Below are positions 12,424 through 26,084 of a stretch of DNA of 64,000 bases, one piece after another. The stretch's first letter is position 1. Every line of letters starts with the position of its first letter. The position numbers and the translations under genes are program-made. This DNA comes from Octopus sinensis (lineage: Eukaryota), in NCBI RefSeq assembly GCF_006345805.1, contig NC_043003.1, positions 8,246,001 through 8,310,000 of the forward strand, read 5' to 3'. The notes below the pieces were generated by a model that was not told the origin of the DNA, did no database searches, and was given only the letters and a program-made list of their open reading frames with translations.

Positions 12424-12481
<58 letters not shown>

Positions 12482-12994
12482 CATATATGAGTCAGGCGTG
12501 GCTCGAGAAGGAACAACAATACATACATATGCATACATGCGTACATACACATGTGTGTTCCGGTGTTAGCTTGATTGCGGTGTTTATGTGCATTGTAAAT
12601 ATATTTCTATACAATGCTTGAAAAACATAGCTAGCGTGATTTAAACTTCGACACATAAGTAAATAACTCATAGAAGAGATTATTTTCGTACAGAACAGTT
12701 TCTTGACTTCATTAATATTTGAATATAGTAAATATGTTTGGAGTAAACTAACTAGATTCGTATAGTGTCGTCTTTAATGGTTTTTGTGTTTGTAACTAGC
12801 ATCGAATCAACGTTGATTTAATGCATCTTAGTTCTAAGACGGCGCGCTAGTAAAAACATTTGCACGACGGGTAATGTATTCAATGGCATCTATGATGGTT
12901 TTATGTTATAAGTTCAAATCTCGACAGAGGCATGTTATAAGTTATCTGATACGCACATATGGCAGGGAGTATTACTGTTATTTTACAGTAGAAT

Positions 12995-13175
12995 GGTTCC
13001 GACGTAGCAGAATCGTTTGCGCGTTGGCTAAAATGCATAGCGTTATTTCTTCTGTCTATACGTCTCATGTTCAAATTCCGCCCAGAGCGACATTGAGGTT
13101 TACCCTTTCGTGAGAAATAAAATAAGCATCGGTCGAGCACTAGTTTCGATGTAATTGACTTGCCTCCCCACCACT
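12995..13175 (+). mobile_element. Highly degenerate SINE family A
   Basis: GTTCAAATTCCGCC and decayed core. Confidence 0.55.
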
Positions 13176-13184
13176 ACCCCATGA

Positions 13185-13470
13185 CTCAAAGTTAGAGCGT
13201 TGGGCTCACAGTTATGAATTAGTGAGTTCGATTCCCGAACCGGGCTGTGTTGTGTTCTTGAGCAAGACACTTTATTTCATGTTGCTCCAGTTCACTCAGC
13301 TGTAGAAATGAGTTGCGATGTCACAGGTGCTAAACTGTATCGGCTTTCATTCTTCCCTTGGATTACATTGGTGGCATATTTAGGGGGAGGGATGCATAGA
13401 TTACTGGTGGTCTTCTATAAACAACATTGCCGGACATTAAAGGTTCAATCCTATGATCATTCATGACTGA
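13185..13470 (+). mobile_element. tRNA-headed SINE family D (CORE-like central domain)
   Basis: B-box GAGTTCGATTCCC, then TTCTTGAGCAAGACACTTTATTTC..TTGCTCCAGTTCACTCAGCTGTAGAAATGAGT; homologue at 34885-35240. Confidence 0.8.
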
Positions 13471-13574
13471 AGCATGTCTTTACTCTTTTTTACACTTCAG
13501 AAAGGAATATATTATGATGCGGTTACATCAAGGAAAGGAGAATTTTTGGAACTCAACATTATTGGCAACCAAAT

Positions 13575-14342
13575 ATATCTATTTCTTTATTGCCCACATG
13601 GGGTTAAACATAGAGGGAACAAACAAGGACAGACAAAGGATTCAGTAACTGGTGCTTATTTATTCAACCCCAAAAGGATGAAAGGCAAAGTCGACCTCGG
13701 TGGAATTTGAACTCAGAACGTAACGGCAGATGAAATACCTACTTCTTTAATACCCACAAGGAGCTAAACACAGAGATAACAAACAAGGACAGATTAACGG
13801 ATTAAGTCGATTAAATCGACCCCAGTGCGTAACTAGTACTTAATTTATCGAGCCCGAAAGGATGAAAGGCAAAGTCGACCTAGGCGGAATTTAAACTCAG
13901 AACGTATCGGCAGACGAAATACCTATTTCTTTACTACCCACAAGGGGCTAAACACAGAGAGGACAAACAAGGACAGGCAAACGGATTAAGTCGATTATAT
14001 CGACACCAGTGCGTAACTGGTACTTAATTTATCGACCCCGAAAGGATGAAAGGCAAAGTCGACCTAGGCGGAATTTAAACTCAGAACGTATCGGCAGACG
14101 AAATACCTATTTCTTTACTACCCACAAGGGGCTAAACACAGAGAGGACAAACAAGGACAGGCAAACGGATTAAGTCGATTATATCGACACCAGTGCGTAA
14201 CTGGTACTTAATTTATCGACCCCGAAAGGATGAAAGGCAAAGTCGACCTCGGCGGAATTTGAACTCAGAACGTAGAGAGAGAGACGAAATAATGCTAAGC
14301 GTTTCGCCCGGCGTGCTAACGATTCTGCCAGCTCGCCGCCTT
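13575..14342 (-). mobile_element. SINE family A tetramer (long-tail form)
   Basis: Four head-to-tail ~180-bp units, only the outermost with a complete head; imperfect ~17-bp TSD TTGGC(A/T)ACCAAA(A)TATAT. Confidence 0.92.
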
Positions 14343-14539
14343 GGCTACCAAAATATATTCAAAAATACGTTACATTATGAGAAGCTTAATTCTCTACTTT
14401 TTTTAGTTTTACACTGGATCGAATATTTATGATTCAGAATTAAATATGCACTTTTGTAAATGGAACTGTATTTCTAAAATAATCTATATTTAAATAGGTT
14501 TTAATGAACAAGCTAAAATAATCACTTTATTAATGTTGC

Positions 14540-14597
<58 letters not shown>

Positions 14598-14819
14598 TAT
14601 ATATATAGTATGTAATATATTAAATTGTGGTATATATATATATATATATAATATATATATGTAAATATATATATATATATGTATAATATATATATATGTA
14701 TGTATATATATATATATATATGTATATGATTATTATATATATATGTTTATATATATATGATATGTATGTATATAATATATATGTATAATATATATATGTA
14801 TTATATATATATATATATG

Positions 14820-14871
<52 letters not shown>

Positions 14872-14872
14872 C
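14540..14872. repeat. Long imperfect (TA)n array
   Basis: Direct reading. Confidence 0.95.
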
Positions 14873-15298
14873 ATGAAAACAATTTTCAGGAAGAGAAAAG
14901 AAAATTTATTCTGCCAACTATTTGGTATTGCTTTCTGTGAATATTTAATGTAAGAATATATAAATATTAAAGAAACAAATGACCAAAGAGAGGATAAATA
15001 CGTGTCAAACAAAAGTTGTGTTTAGAAACAAAGAAATATAACGACAGCTAGAAAAGAAACGGTTTGAAGTGGTATTGTGTTGGATACTATTATGGTTTCT
15101 AAAAATATAATTGAATTGAAAGGAGACAAAATTGAAAAGAGAAAATTGTGAATTATTGAAAACAAAGTTTTATTATTAAATATATAAATAGTCCGATGAT
15201 CCAAGTGAAAGTCTTACACCTCCCCACACGCATCCACTCAAATAACACAGCGACACTTACATATACATATACATATACATATATATATATATATAATA

Positions 15299-15361
<63 letters not shown>

Positions 15362-15644
15362 AAACACAGTCTGTTTAAAAATTCTCTCCGCACTAAGTAT
15401 ATTATTGCAAAATAAATATTTATGAGGTGCTATACGGCTACAAAAGTATATATAAGACTTTACAAGACTTTAAAAAAAAACTTATAAGAGGTGTTGAAAG
15501 TGTCTTCCTTAATTTTCAAAACATAAGTTGACTCTTCTACACTTGTTTTGAAATACATCTTGGAGAGTCTGACTATTGGAGAGTCAGGATGAAATAAATT
15601 CACTGCGGAGAGGCGTTTTGAAGACCCTGCATACTTTTTACTCT

Positions 15645-15935
15645 CTCACGTTTTTACTTGTTTCAGTCATTTCCATTGCGGTCACGCTGGAGCACCACAT
15701 TTAGTCGAGCAAACCGACCCCAGAGTTTATTCTTTGTAAACCTAGTACTTATTCTATCGGTCTCTTTTTCCGAACCGCTAAGTTACCGGGACGTTAACAC
15801 ACCAGCATAGGTTGTCAAACGATGTTGGACGGACAGACACACACACACAAACATATACACACTCATACATATACTTATATATACACATGTACGACGGGCT
15901 TCTTCCAGTTTCCGTCTACCAAATCCCCTCACAAA
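15645..15935 (-). mobile_element. SINE family B 3' two-thirds
   Basis: Homology to full copies. Confidence 0.85.
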
Positions 15936-16224
15936 ATATGACTTTTAAAAGTGTTTTTTCGCATAATTGTCATTGAAGCATGCAATAAACTTCTCATGTC
16001 AGTTTTTAGTTTTAAGGACACTGTATTCTTCAAAAATTCCAAGCTTTCAGAAATTTATCAACGTTACCGAAGTATCTGTGAATCCTTTCCTCTTTATATC
16101 TCTCCCACTGCTTACTTTATGTCATTTTTGTGAAATCAGGTGAAGGTTAATGACAGAAAGGGAATCTGACCCCCAAAAAAACTGTTTCAACAAATTCTGT
16201 CTGATCTGTGGAAAAGTGGATATT

Positions 16225-16307
<83 letters not shown>

Positions 16308-17147
16308 GTGTGTGTGTGTGTGTGTGTAATGTATGTATGTATGTATGTATGTATGTATGTATGTATGTATGTATGTATGTATATTATATAAATTGGACAT
16401 GGCGATCGTTGTATTCTTTCTTGTCTTTACAGCCAAACGGCTGGGTGGATTCGCGAGAAAAATGGCACAAAAGTGGGGACGGGTGCATGATTGTGCTGCG
16501 GTTTGTATTTTTTCGTAACCCCTATAGTTACGGAGAAAATCGATTAAAACATTTTTCTAATGGAATTCCCCTGTTTGTTCCGCTATGAAAACAACCAGTT
16601 GCTCACACAGCCGGCATATACCATTTCGTTAGCAACAAGGGGAGTACAGGATGACAGTCAGCCAAAACGTAACGCTGTTATAGATTATGCCTAGCCGAAA
16701 ATGATCACAGCCACATCATCCAAACAGACCGGCTGAAACCGGCCCTAGCTACCAGTATATATATGAGAAAATTTGGTTTCCTTTTCCCTCTTTCTGTTGT
16801 ATGTAACAATCGTCCTCTTTACACTGTCACTGCAGTTCTGAATCCCTCAGTTCAAACTCTATTCTTGCTCCACACTGAAAGCTTTGCAGATTCCAGACGT
16901 TCGTTTGTTTCTCAGTTTCTTTCACTCACTCCCTATTTCTCATTCACATCTTCGCTCCTTTAGAAATCATGTTACGTTCCTTGCCTTTTCTTTCTCTCAA
17001 TACTCACCAGTTTACCACAGCTTCTTCCTTCGTCTAAGTTTACCCCTCTCTGTTTCTCTCTCTCTCTCTCTTTCTCTCTCTCCCTCTCCCATTTTTTTGC
17101 CTTTTGATTGCCCCTCGCTTTCTCTGTCTCCCATTCTCTTTATCTCT

Positions 17148-17379
17148 GTTTCTTTATTCCCCACAAGGGGCTAAACACAGAGGGGACAAACAAAGACAGA
17201 CAAACGGAGTAAGCCGATTACATCGACCCCAGCGTGTAACTGGTACTTAATTTATCGACCCCAAAAGGATGAAAGGCAAAGTCGACATCGGTGGAATTTG
17301 AACTCAGAACGTAACGGCAGACAAGATACGGTTACACATTTCGCCCGGCGTGCTAACGTTTCTGCCAGCTCGCCGCCTT
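17148..17379 (-). mobile_element. SINE family A full monomer (long tail)
   Basis: Head GGCGGCGAGCTGGCAGAAACGTTAGC, core and GCCCCTTGTGGG.AATAAAGAAAC tail. Confidence 0.93.
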
Positions 17380-18448
17380 CCTCACTCTCTTTATCGCTTA
17401 TTATTTCGGTTTTCTTTATCTCTTGAAATTTATTTGTTCGAAGTTAAAATTGGTCAAAGTATCTACAAAATGTAGGAGCTATTATTTTCGTGATCCGCTG
17501 TCTGATTAATTTGCCAAAAGAGCAAAAGAACTGTAGAAAATGTAAAAGGATAATTTCTTCATGAGAATAATGGCGGCATGGACCCATCTACTGTAACGAA
17601 ACCGGTTTGGAGATCAGACAAATTGATTTCAAAGATGTACTCTTGCGGAACGAACCATCAAAAGAATCAAATGTGCCTGGCAAATTGTTGCGATCGTTAG
17701 TCTCAATAGAGAGCAGTCGCTAATGCATCTAGGGGATACTCACGCTGATAAATGGCACTCAGGTGGATCAGCAAGCACTGAACTATCTGACAGGAATTGT
17801 ATCTGACATAGAGACGTTAGTTATAACAATATAGTAACTAATGTTGCAGCCTAATTTAGCTCAGGTACCCTGTCCAGAAAATTCACAGTAAGAGATTTCA
17901 CGCAAAGCAAAAATTCATCGTAAGAAAACTTCGCTGTATGGACAATTATATCAGCATTTTTAAGAATTAAAAAAATGATAAAAAGTTTTATAAAAGCATT
18001 AAATATGCAAGTCCTTAATCAATGTCAATTATTTAAAGAAGAAAAACAAAAACCAAAAAAGAAACACGCGATGAGGTTGGCTATTTAAAACGAATTTTCC
18101 TGCTATAAAAATGTTTACGGCAAAATTTCCAGTAATCCTTGGGTACAGTTGTAAAAATTTTAAGCGTGATGAAATTTGTCATCCGTTGCCGAGAATAATA
18201 TTCTTAATGTACCAAAGAAGTTTAAGATTTATACATTCTAATCAATGTGTTCTGCTGATTTTGAAGGTTTTGGTTTCCAATACGCCTAAACTTAGCCACG
18301 TTAATCAAACGCCTCAATTTCAAGTATTACCAGTTTCCACATTTCAGTCTGAGAAAAAATTGTTTGATCCTAGAAACTTTTATATTGCTTGTTGAAGCTT
18401 GGAGAGCGAACTTGTTCTCATAATTTGTGTCCTCTATGGTAAAATATT

Positions 18449-18750
18449 GTGGAGGCACATGTACTAGTGGTTAGAGCAGCGGACTCACGGTTGAGGGATT
18501 GCGGGTTCGAATCTCAGACCGGGCGATATGTGTGTTTATGAGCGAAAAACTTAAGCTCCACGCGTCTCCGGCAGAAGGTAATGGCGAACTTCTGCTGACT
18601 TTTTCGCCACAACTTTCTCTCACTCTTTCCTCCTGCATCTTGCTGCTCACCTGCGACGGACCGGCGTCCCGTCCAAGTGGCGAACCTATACGCCAAGGAA
18701 ACCGGGAAATCGGCCCTTATGAGCTAGGCGTGGCTCGAGAAGGAACAAAC
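18449..18750 (+). mobile_element. tRNA-headed SINE family C
   Basis: A-box TAGTGGTTAGAGC, B-box GGTTCGAATCTC, tail GGCGTGGCTCGAGAAGGAACAAAC; homologue at 61926-62216. Confidence 0.9.
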
Positions 18751-18754
18751 ATAG

Positions 18755-18975
18755 TAAAATATTGGTTACCAGTTCTCGCACGAGGCCAGCGATTTCGACG
18801 CAGCAGGCAAGTCGATTACAAGGACTCCAGTGACCAACTGGTAATTCTTTTACTGATCGCGATAAGATGAAGAGTAAAGTCGACCTAGGCGGAATTTCAA
18901 TTCAGAACGTAAAACCGGACGAAATGCCGCTAAGCATTTTGCCCGGCTTGCTAACCATTCTGCCAACTTGCTGAC
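18755..18975 (-). mobile_element. SINE family A degenerate
   Basis: Head and core motifs. Confidence 0.8.
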
Positions 18976-19170
18976 TTCTCCGTTGCTAAAATATTAGTGT
19001 GAATACTGATGAGTTGATAAAAGGTTGTCCTTAATTGCTAAGGTTAACTCGGACGTGCGTATGTGTATGTTTATGTATATATGCTTGCATGTCTGTTGTA
19101 TGTTAAGCAGAACAAAGGCATAAAATGGCTAATATAACTTTTGTGTTAGAAGTATGTACAATCTTATATA

Positions 19171-19201
<31 letters not shown>

Positions 19202-19255
19202 GTGTGTATTGTATGTATGTATAATTCAATGCATATATATGTACATGTATGTATA

Positions 19256-19291
<36 letters not shown>

Positions 19292-19825
19292 TGTATGTAT
19301 GTATGTATGCATGCATGCATGCGTGTGCGTCTGTGTTGTGTATGTGCCTGCTCATATGGGAAATAACATCAATTACATCCAGAACCACGGTTTCGTTGAA
19401 TGTATAAAATATATAGAAATTACTTTTTAATCCTTCGAGACTCGAAATCGATTGAAAGATCGATGAAATAAAAGCAATGTTTCACAAGAATAATGAACAT
19501 ATACCTTAAGCAAACGTACACAAACACACGCACATATACATACACGCACGCGCGCAAAGACATGCATACACACATACACACGCGGAAACAAACGCACACA
19601 TACACACATATATATATACTTCCTCTCTTTGCGGATGTTACCAGCTACTTATTATCCCTTGGACACTACCAAATTTTCCGACAATTTTACCATTGTTATA
19701 TAACTTTAACACCTCTCTTGACTATTCCTATCTTCGCAGAATCGATACACCTCCACTTTCATTTTCAAAATTCAGTTTACAGTTCTCCCCTTTGTTAAAA
19801 ATTAGTGATTTCTAATTTTGCAATG

Positions 19826-20879
19826 TAGGGTGGTCGGGCGAAATTGGACGATATTTATGCTTCCTTTTGTCAGGTACAGCTTGATGTATTGATGATAGTC
19901 AACGGTGTTGGAGAGCATTATTTTTAAAGATGTAGTTGAGAAACCTTTCGCTGATATGGAGGAATGAGAGCCCAGTGAATATCTTTTCTACTCTAGGCAC
20001 AAGGCTCTAAATTTTGGGGGAGGGCCCCAGTCGATTAGATCGACCCCAGTATGCAAATGGTATTGAATTTATTGACCCTGAAAGGTTGAAAGGCAAAGTC
20101 GACCTCGGCGGAATTTGAACTCAGAACGTAAAGACACGCGAAATACCTATTTCTTTACTACCTACAAGGGGATAAACACAGAGAGGACAAAGAAGGACAG
20201 ACAAACGGATTAAGTTGATTATATCGACCCCAGATATAAGAAGAAAATACTTATTTCTTTACTACCCACAAAGGGCTAAACGCAGAGAGGACAAACAAGG
20301 ACAAACGGATTAAGTCGATTATATCGACACCAGTGCGTAACTGGTGCTTATTTAATCGACCCCGAAAAGATGAAAGGCAAAGTCGACCTCGGCGGAATTT
20401 GAACTCAGAACGTAAAGGCAGGCGAAATTCGGCTAAGCATTTCGCCCGGCGTGCTAACGTTTCTGCTAAGTGAATATTGGAAAGAGATACCTGTATCATG
20501 AGGATTTGTGCCGAGAACATGACTACCGCTCATTTTAAAAGCTGGAAGACGAGACATGAACTGAGGCTATGGAGTCTACGGAGCCTTTACTGGTAGGAGG
20601 GAATATAACACGTGTTTCAATGCATCTGCACGCCGGAATTAATAGCCACAGTTTTGATCAGAGCTTTAGGCTCAATTCAGATGGTTATGTGAACGTTCTG
20701 AAACTGTAGGCAATCCTTGGCTGGAGAGGGTTGCTGCTAGAAGACTGTATGTGTGGGCAGTATGATTTGGGCAGTTACCGTACCTCCGGAAAATGTCAGC
20801 TGGTTATCAATGGATTTCTCCGACTTCACTTGCCCCAATGTTGGCTTCCTACTTCTACCGATTGTGACCCCCCATGGTT

Positions 20880-20926
<47 letters not shown>

Positions 20927-21198
20927 CTTAGAAAAACATCGACCGCTCTGCTAGTGACACCAAGCCCAAGCTGATGGCCAAGATCAAGGCGATTTAGTAG
21001 ATATTTCTAGCAACACAGTTAGGAGCGCATTTTGAGACCGTGGTAGAAGCTAAGGGTCCCTGCTTTGAGTAAGCCATTATTTTCCAGGCATAATCCACTT
21101 GATATTTTTTGATTTTTAAAAATAATTTTAGTTTTAGATGGAATAGTGTGTTTCCTTTTCCTCTTACGCAAACGGTCAAAGTTAGGCTCAACACCCTG
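19826..21198 (+). mobile_element. Decayed maT (DD37D) Tc1/mariner-superfamily transposon interrupted by a SINE and a (CA)n
   Basis: Residues FRLNSDGYVNVL...YVWQYD...WLSMDFSDF...WLPTSTDCDP(M); about 37 residues between the 2nd and inferred 3rd Asp by manual count across frameshifts; diverged TIRs TAGGGTGGTC.. / ..CAACACCCTG followed by TA. Confidence 0.65.
19985..20466 (-). mobile_element. Composite multimeric SINE family A insertion
   Basis: Long-tail modules inside, short tail at the 3' end, 9-bp TSD AGTGAATAT (19976 and 20467). Confidence 0.88.
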
Positions 21199-21719
21199 TA
21201 AACTTGCACAAACCTGAACAAGACCCTTCATATTACTCTTGCAATCCCATGTACCTCTTCAATACATTTCCTCTTTTACATTTGCACACGTTCTCAACTC
21301 CTTACATACATGATTCCATGCCACAAATCAAACAATTACACATACACATACCAGTACTAACCAATAAGCTACCCTCACTAAGCAACGCTGTTGCACTTCT
21401 CCATTTGCACACGCCTACAATACACTTATTTTTCGCACACAAACACATGCAAACACATTTTCTCTTATCCACTCGTCCTCTACTTTTACTACTGTTCTTG
21501 TGATGAAAATCTCACCCAAAAGGTTAAAATATACTCTCTTTCCATACGAGCTTATACATTCTTTGTTAAACATTTCAATGCATGCTGAGAGTAGACACAC
21601 ACACACACACCTCTCTCTCTCACTATATATATATGTATATATATATATATATATATAATATATATATATATATATAATACACACATACACACATACATAT
21701 ATACTTAAACAGGCACATA

Positions 21720-22000
21720 TTCTTTTATTCTTTTACTTGTTTCAGTCATTTGACTGGAGCACCGCCTTTTAGTCGAACAAATCACCCCCAGGACTTATTC
21801 TTTGTAAGCCTAGTCAAATACACAAACATATATATGCATATATACGACGGGCTTCTTTCAGTTTCCGTCTGCCAAATCCACTCACAAGGCTTTGATAGGC
21901 CCGGGGCTATAATAAAAGCTACTTGTTCAAGGTGCCACGTAGTGGGACTAAACCCGGGACCATGTGGTTGGTAAGCAAGCTACATACTACACACCCACTT
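21720..22000 (-). mobile_element. SINE family B, internally deleted
   Basis: Homology to full copies. Confidence 0.82.
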
Positions 22001-22087
22001 CTGTGCCTAGTTTCTGAATGTGCGTATATCTACATAAATAGCATGACTGAAACAAGTAAAAGAAGAATAGAAGATTAAGAGAATATC

Positions 22088-22235
22088 ACTCCTTGTTTCT
22101 TTCTGTGTTCCTTTCCGTGGAAGAGTGTAGGTTCGAAACGTTAAAGACTTTTTCACTTCCCGAGCGTTAAACTAATACATATGTTCGTTGTCTACACCAC
22201 CGTCTTCGTCTTTTCTTTTTTTATGAATTCTCCCT
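22088..22235 (+). mobile_element. Minimal-HHR repeat family (A6U core), copy 2
   Basis: HHR-like motif at 22110-22147, decayed. Confidence 0.7.
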
Positions 22236-22262
22236 ATATATATATATATATGTATATATTTA

Positions 22263-22304
<42 letters not shown>

Positions 22305-22338
22305 AGTTTGTAAATGTGCGTATATGTACATATATATG

Positions 22339-22379
<41 letters not shown>

Positions 22380-22998
22380 ATATGTACACACATATGTATA
22401 TATGTACACCTACACATATATAAAATCCTTTATCATTATTTCTATGCACGTGCGTATGAATATATATTTGGATTACACGTATGTTTTTTGCCTTATTTAA
22501 ATAAATCTCATATATACAATGCTAGATTTTATGTTGACATTTTTCTGCACAAACAACTTGTTCATAAATATTGTTTACGCGCGTGTATGGTATGTATATA
22601 TAAATGTATGTATGTGTGTCTATATGTGTGTGCATGTGTATCTGAAGTTTTGTGTGCGTGCGCGAGTTTGCTTCCACATGTAAAAACAATGTTTGGTGAG
22701 AATGTGACAAAGTTTATTACTTGTAAATCAAATTAAGTTTGCTGTTCTTTCGCAAAAATAAAAAAAAACGAACAAACCTTCTGTTTATGCATAAAAGTCA
22801 AGAGCATATGATAAACGAAAGAATTGTAAGCGCTTTCTCAAAAATAAATGCAACAACATAAAATTGTGTTATATACGGTTGAAGCAATTACGAAACCTAA
22901 ATCGGCGTGCATCGCCCAGTAGAATAAATTCTCGTTGATTCGTTCCAGTTCCAGTTTTGTTCAAGCTATGTCGTACGCGATATGTTTTATGGTTATAA

Positions 22999-23418
22999 AG
23001 GCGGTGAGCTGGCAGTAACGTTAGCACACCGGGCGAAATGCTTAGCGGTATTGCGTCTGCGTTACGTTGTGAGTTCAAATTCGGCCGAGGTCGACTTTGC
23101 CTTTCATCCTTTCGGGGTCGATAAATTAAGTACCAGTTACGCACTGGGGTCGATGTAATCGACTTAATACCTATGTCTGTCCTTGTTTGTCCCCTCTGTG
23201 TTTAGCCCCTTGTGGGTAATAAAAATAAAAAAAGGTATTGCATCTGTCGTTGCGTTCTGAGTTCAAATTCCGCCGAGGTCGACTTTGCCTTTCATCCTTT
23301 TGGGGTCGATAAATTAAGTACCAGTTACGCACCGGGGTCGATGTAATCGACTTAATCCGTTAATCTGTCCTTGTTTGTCCCCTCTATGTTTAGCCCCTTG
23401 TGGGCAATAAAGAAACAT
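22999..23418 (+). mobile_element. SINE family A dimer with 19-bp TSD
   Basis: ATATGTTTTATGGTTATAA at 22980-22998 and 23419-23437. Confidence 0.95.
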
Positions 23419-23484
23419 ATATGTTTTATGGTTATAAGATTAGTCGAAGAATTTCAAACTTCTTTTTCCAATGTATGTAGGTTA

Positions 23485-23660
23485 TCATGACCACGTTTTG
23501 CATGGTTGTGTGGTAAGAAGCTTACTTTTCAACCACATGGTTTGTGGTTCAGTCCACTGCGTGGCACCATGGGCATTTATCTTCTACTATAGCCTGGGAC
23601 CGACCAAAACCTTGTGAGTGGATTTGGTAGACAAAAATTGAAAGAAGCCTGTCGTATATA
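23485..23660 (+). mobile_element. SINE family B 5' half
   Basis: Homology to full copies. Confidence 0.82.
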
Positions 23661-23679
23661 TATATATATATATAATTAA

Positions 23680-23830
23680 AGGGAAAGTTTACGAAGAAAC
23701 AAAAGACGAAGGCAGGTGGTGTACAAACAAACAGATGTATTAGTATAGCGCTCAGGAATAGAAAAAGTCTTTTATGTTTCGAGCCTACGCTCTTCTACAG
23801 AAAGATACACTGAAAAAAACAAGGAGACAC
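23680..23830 (-). mobile_element. Minimal-HHR repeat family (A6U core), copy 3
   Basis: Motif at 23768-23805: UCUUU-CUGUAGA-A-GAGC GUAG GCUC-GAAACAUA-AAAGA. Confidence 0.72.
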
Positions 23831-23869
23831 ACAAACACACACCAACACACATATGTATATATATAAAGT

Positions 23870-24070
23870 TAATCCAAACAAGAAAACACAAAAAAAACAC
23901 AACAACGCGAGGACGTGGAACAAATAAAATATTATTGGACGCTCAGGAAAGAAGGGAAGAAGGAGGGTTTAACGTTTCGAGCGGAGCTCTTCGTCGGAAA
24001 CATAGGAGAAGGAAAGATCCCGAGAAGGGAAGACAGAGGAAAAAAATCGCCAACGGTTCACACGAGGTAC
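23870..24070 (-). mobile_element. Related minimal-HHR repeat (U4C core)
   Basis: 23967-24001 minus strand: GUUU-CCGACGA-A-GAGC UCC GCUC-GAAACGUU-AAAC. Confidence 0.65.
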
Positions 24071-24200
24071 CTGTGTTTATTTGTCTGTGTTTGTCCTCCC
24101 CACCGTCGCTTGACAACCGGTGCTGACAAACACACTTTCTCTCTCTATATAGGATTAAATAAAAAGACAACAAACGGAAAATATGACCTACCTACCTACC

Positions 24201-24233
<33 letters not shown>

Positions 24234-24371
24234 TAAAAAAGCATATAATCAAATGAACATATACTAAATACACAAACGGAGAGAAAACACAGAAAACACG
24301 AGGTGTTTGTCAATTCTTCATCAATTATCGACCAGAGTATCAAAATCAATTTCACCGATTATCGATAATAT

Positions 24372-24587
24372 TCTTTCCTATTCTAAACACAAGGACAGAA
24401 ATTTGGTGGGGAGGCGGCCAGTCCATTAGATCGACCCAATTACGCAACTGGTAATTAATTTATCGCCCCCCAGAAGGCTGAAAGGCACAGTCGAGTGGTG
24501 AAATTTGAACTCAGAACGTAGAGACAGGCGGAATAACGCTAGGCATTTTGCCCGGCGTGCTAACGTTACTGCCAGCTCGCCGCCTTC
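24372..24587 (-). mobile_element. SINE family A (short tail)
   Basis: Head and core motifs. Confidence 0.85.
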
Positions 24588-24652
24588 ATTATCAATAATA
24601 TTGCTTCGTCTCTGGAGGCACCGATATATATATAGATATGTATCTCTCTCTC

Positions 24653-24695
<43 letters not shown>

Positions 24696-25003
24696 AGGTA
24701 TGTTAGTGGAAACAGGAAAATAGAACTTAAAATATGAGTATATGGATATTTCTATTAATATTTTACAAAAACAACAGGGTGACACATGTGTTTCGTGCGT
24801 TGACATTTCTTTTGTAAATATGTAAACATCTATATACTTAATATATGTGTGTTCATCGGAATATTTTTTAGTGTTTTTTCTCTCTTACATATATCCTAAT
24901 ATATATATATATATCCTATATATATATATGTCCTAATATATATATATCCTATATATATATATAATATATATATATATTAATATATTATAATATATATATA
25001 TAT

Positions 25004-25005
<2 letters not shown>

Positions 25006-25056
<51 letters not shown>

Positions 25057-25062
25057 GATAGA
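25006..25062 (+). repeat. (GATA)n microsatellite
   Basis: Direct reading. Confidence 0.95.
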
Positions 25063-25124
25063 TGCGTGATGTATGTATATTTTGGAAAGCAAGTCCAAGC
25101 GTGTTTAACTACAAGCCTATCTAT

Positions 25125-25190
<66 letters not shown>

Positions 25191-26084
25191 TATATATATA
25201 TATATATAATATACATATATGTATAGTGTTGTGTATCTCCATTATTTTCTTAATACGGCGTCACTGATATGCTTAATTATCACTAATGAATGAGCATATT
25301 GCAACGCCGGCTTACGCTCCTTCCGACATTCCATACATATTGTATTTTTAATTCTTCTGATAAAGAGTGTTAACTCATGTACAAATCTGAACCATCGTTG
25401 TGTATCGTGTTTAGTCATTGATTAATTGTATTCCATGAAAAGACTTGTTCGCTATGATATATCGATAAATGGAAGGTTTAATGACTCTTTGTATCCGGTA
25501 AGAACAATTTATTCGACAGGGCTGGTCATCAATTATAAAGAAAAGAGGTGTAGATGAAGTCAGATGTGGTGTCGACGTAGATGAAAGACAGAGGCCAGAA
25601 AAAGATCAGAGATTATATAACGATCCAAATTTCGTTATCTGTTAACTGACTGCCTGATGAAGCAAAGACCAGTATTATCTCCTCTTAGACATTAGTCTGT
25701 GCCCATACTGGGGCACGGCCTTGAAGGATTTAGTCGAAGATCTAGCCACCGACACTTATTTCTCTAAGTCTGATGCTAAACCCATCGATCGCTTTTACCG
25801 AATCTGTAACTTCAGGGGTCGTAAATAACTCCTAACTCCTGGCCCTGTTTTCGTTTCGCCACCTTTTTTACACCAACCGCTGGCTGGTTGTGCTCATCCG
25901 ACAATAGAGAGAAGTCGCCATATTCTATTTCATATCGGCTAACTTTGATGAGCGTAAAGTTATATAATCGGATTGTTATCTTACACACCTTTGTATTCTT
26001 TACGCAAAACCGATTGGTGAGATCAGCCGTGATGGACATTTAATACTATACATTTCGGATAATATATATATATATATATATATG

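Noticed and set aside
13575-14342. CRISPR-like repeat array
   Set aside because: Eukaryotic context; ~180-bp identical units with no unique spacers; a SINE multimer
17540-17950. Coding-looking unique sequence (also 25520-25650 and 47550-47830)
   Set aside because: Stops in all frames and no motif I recognise
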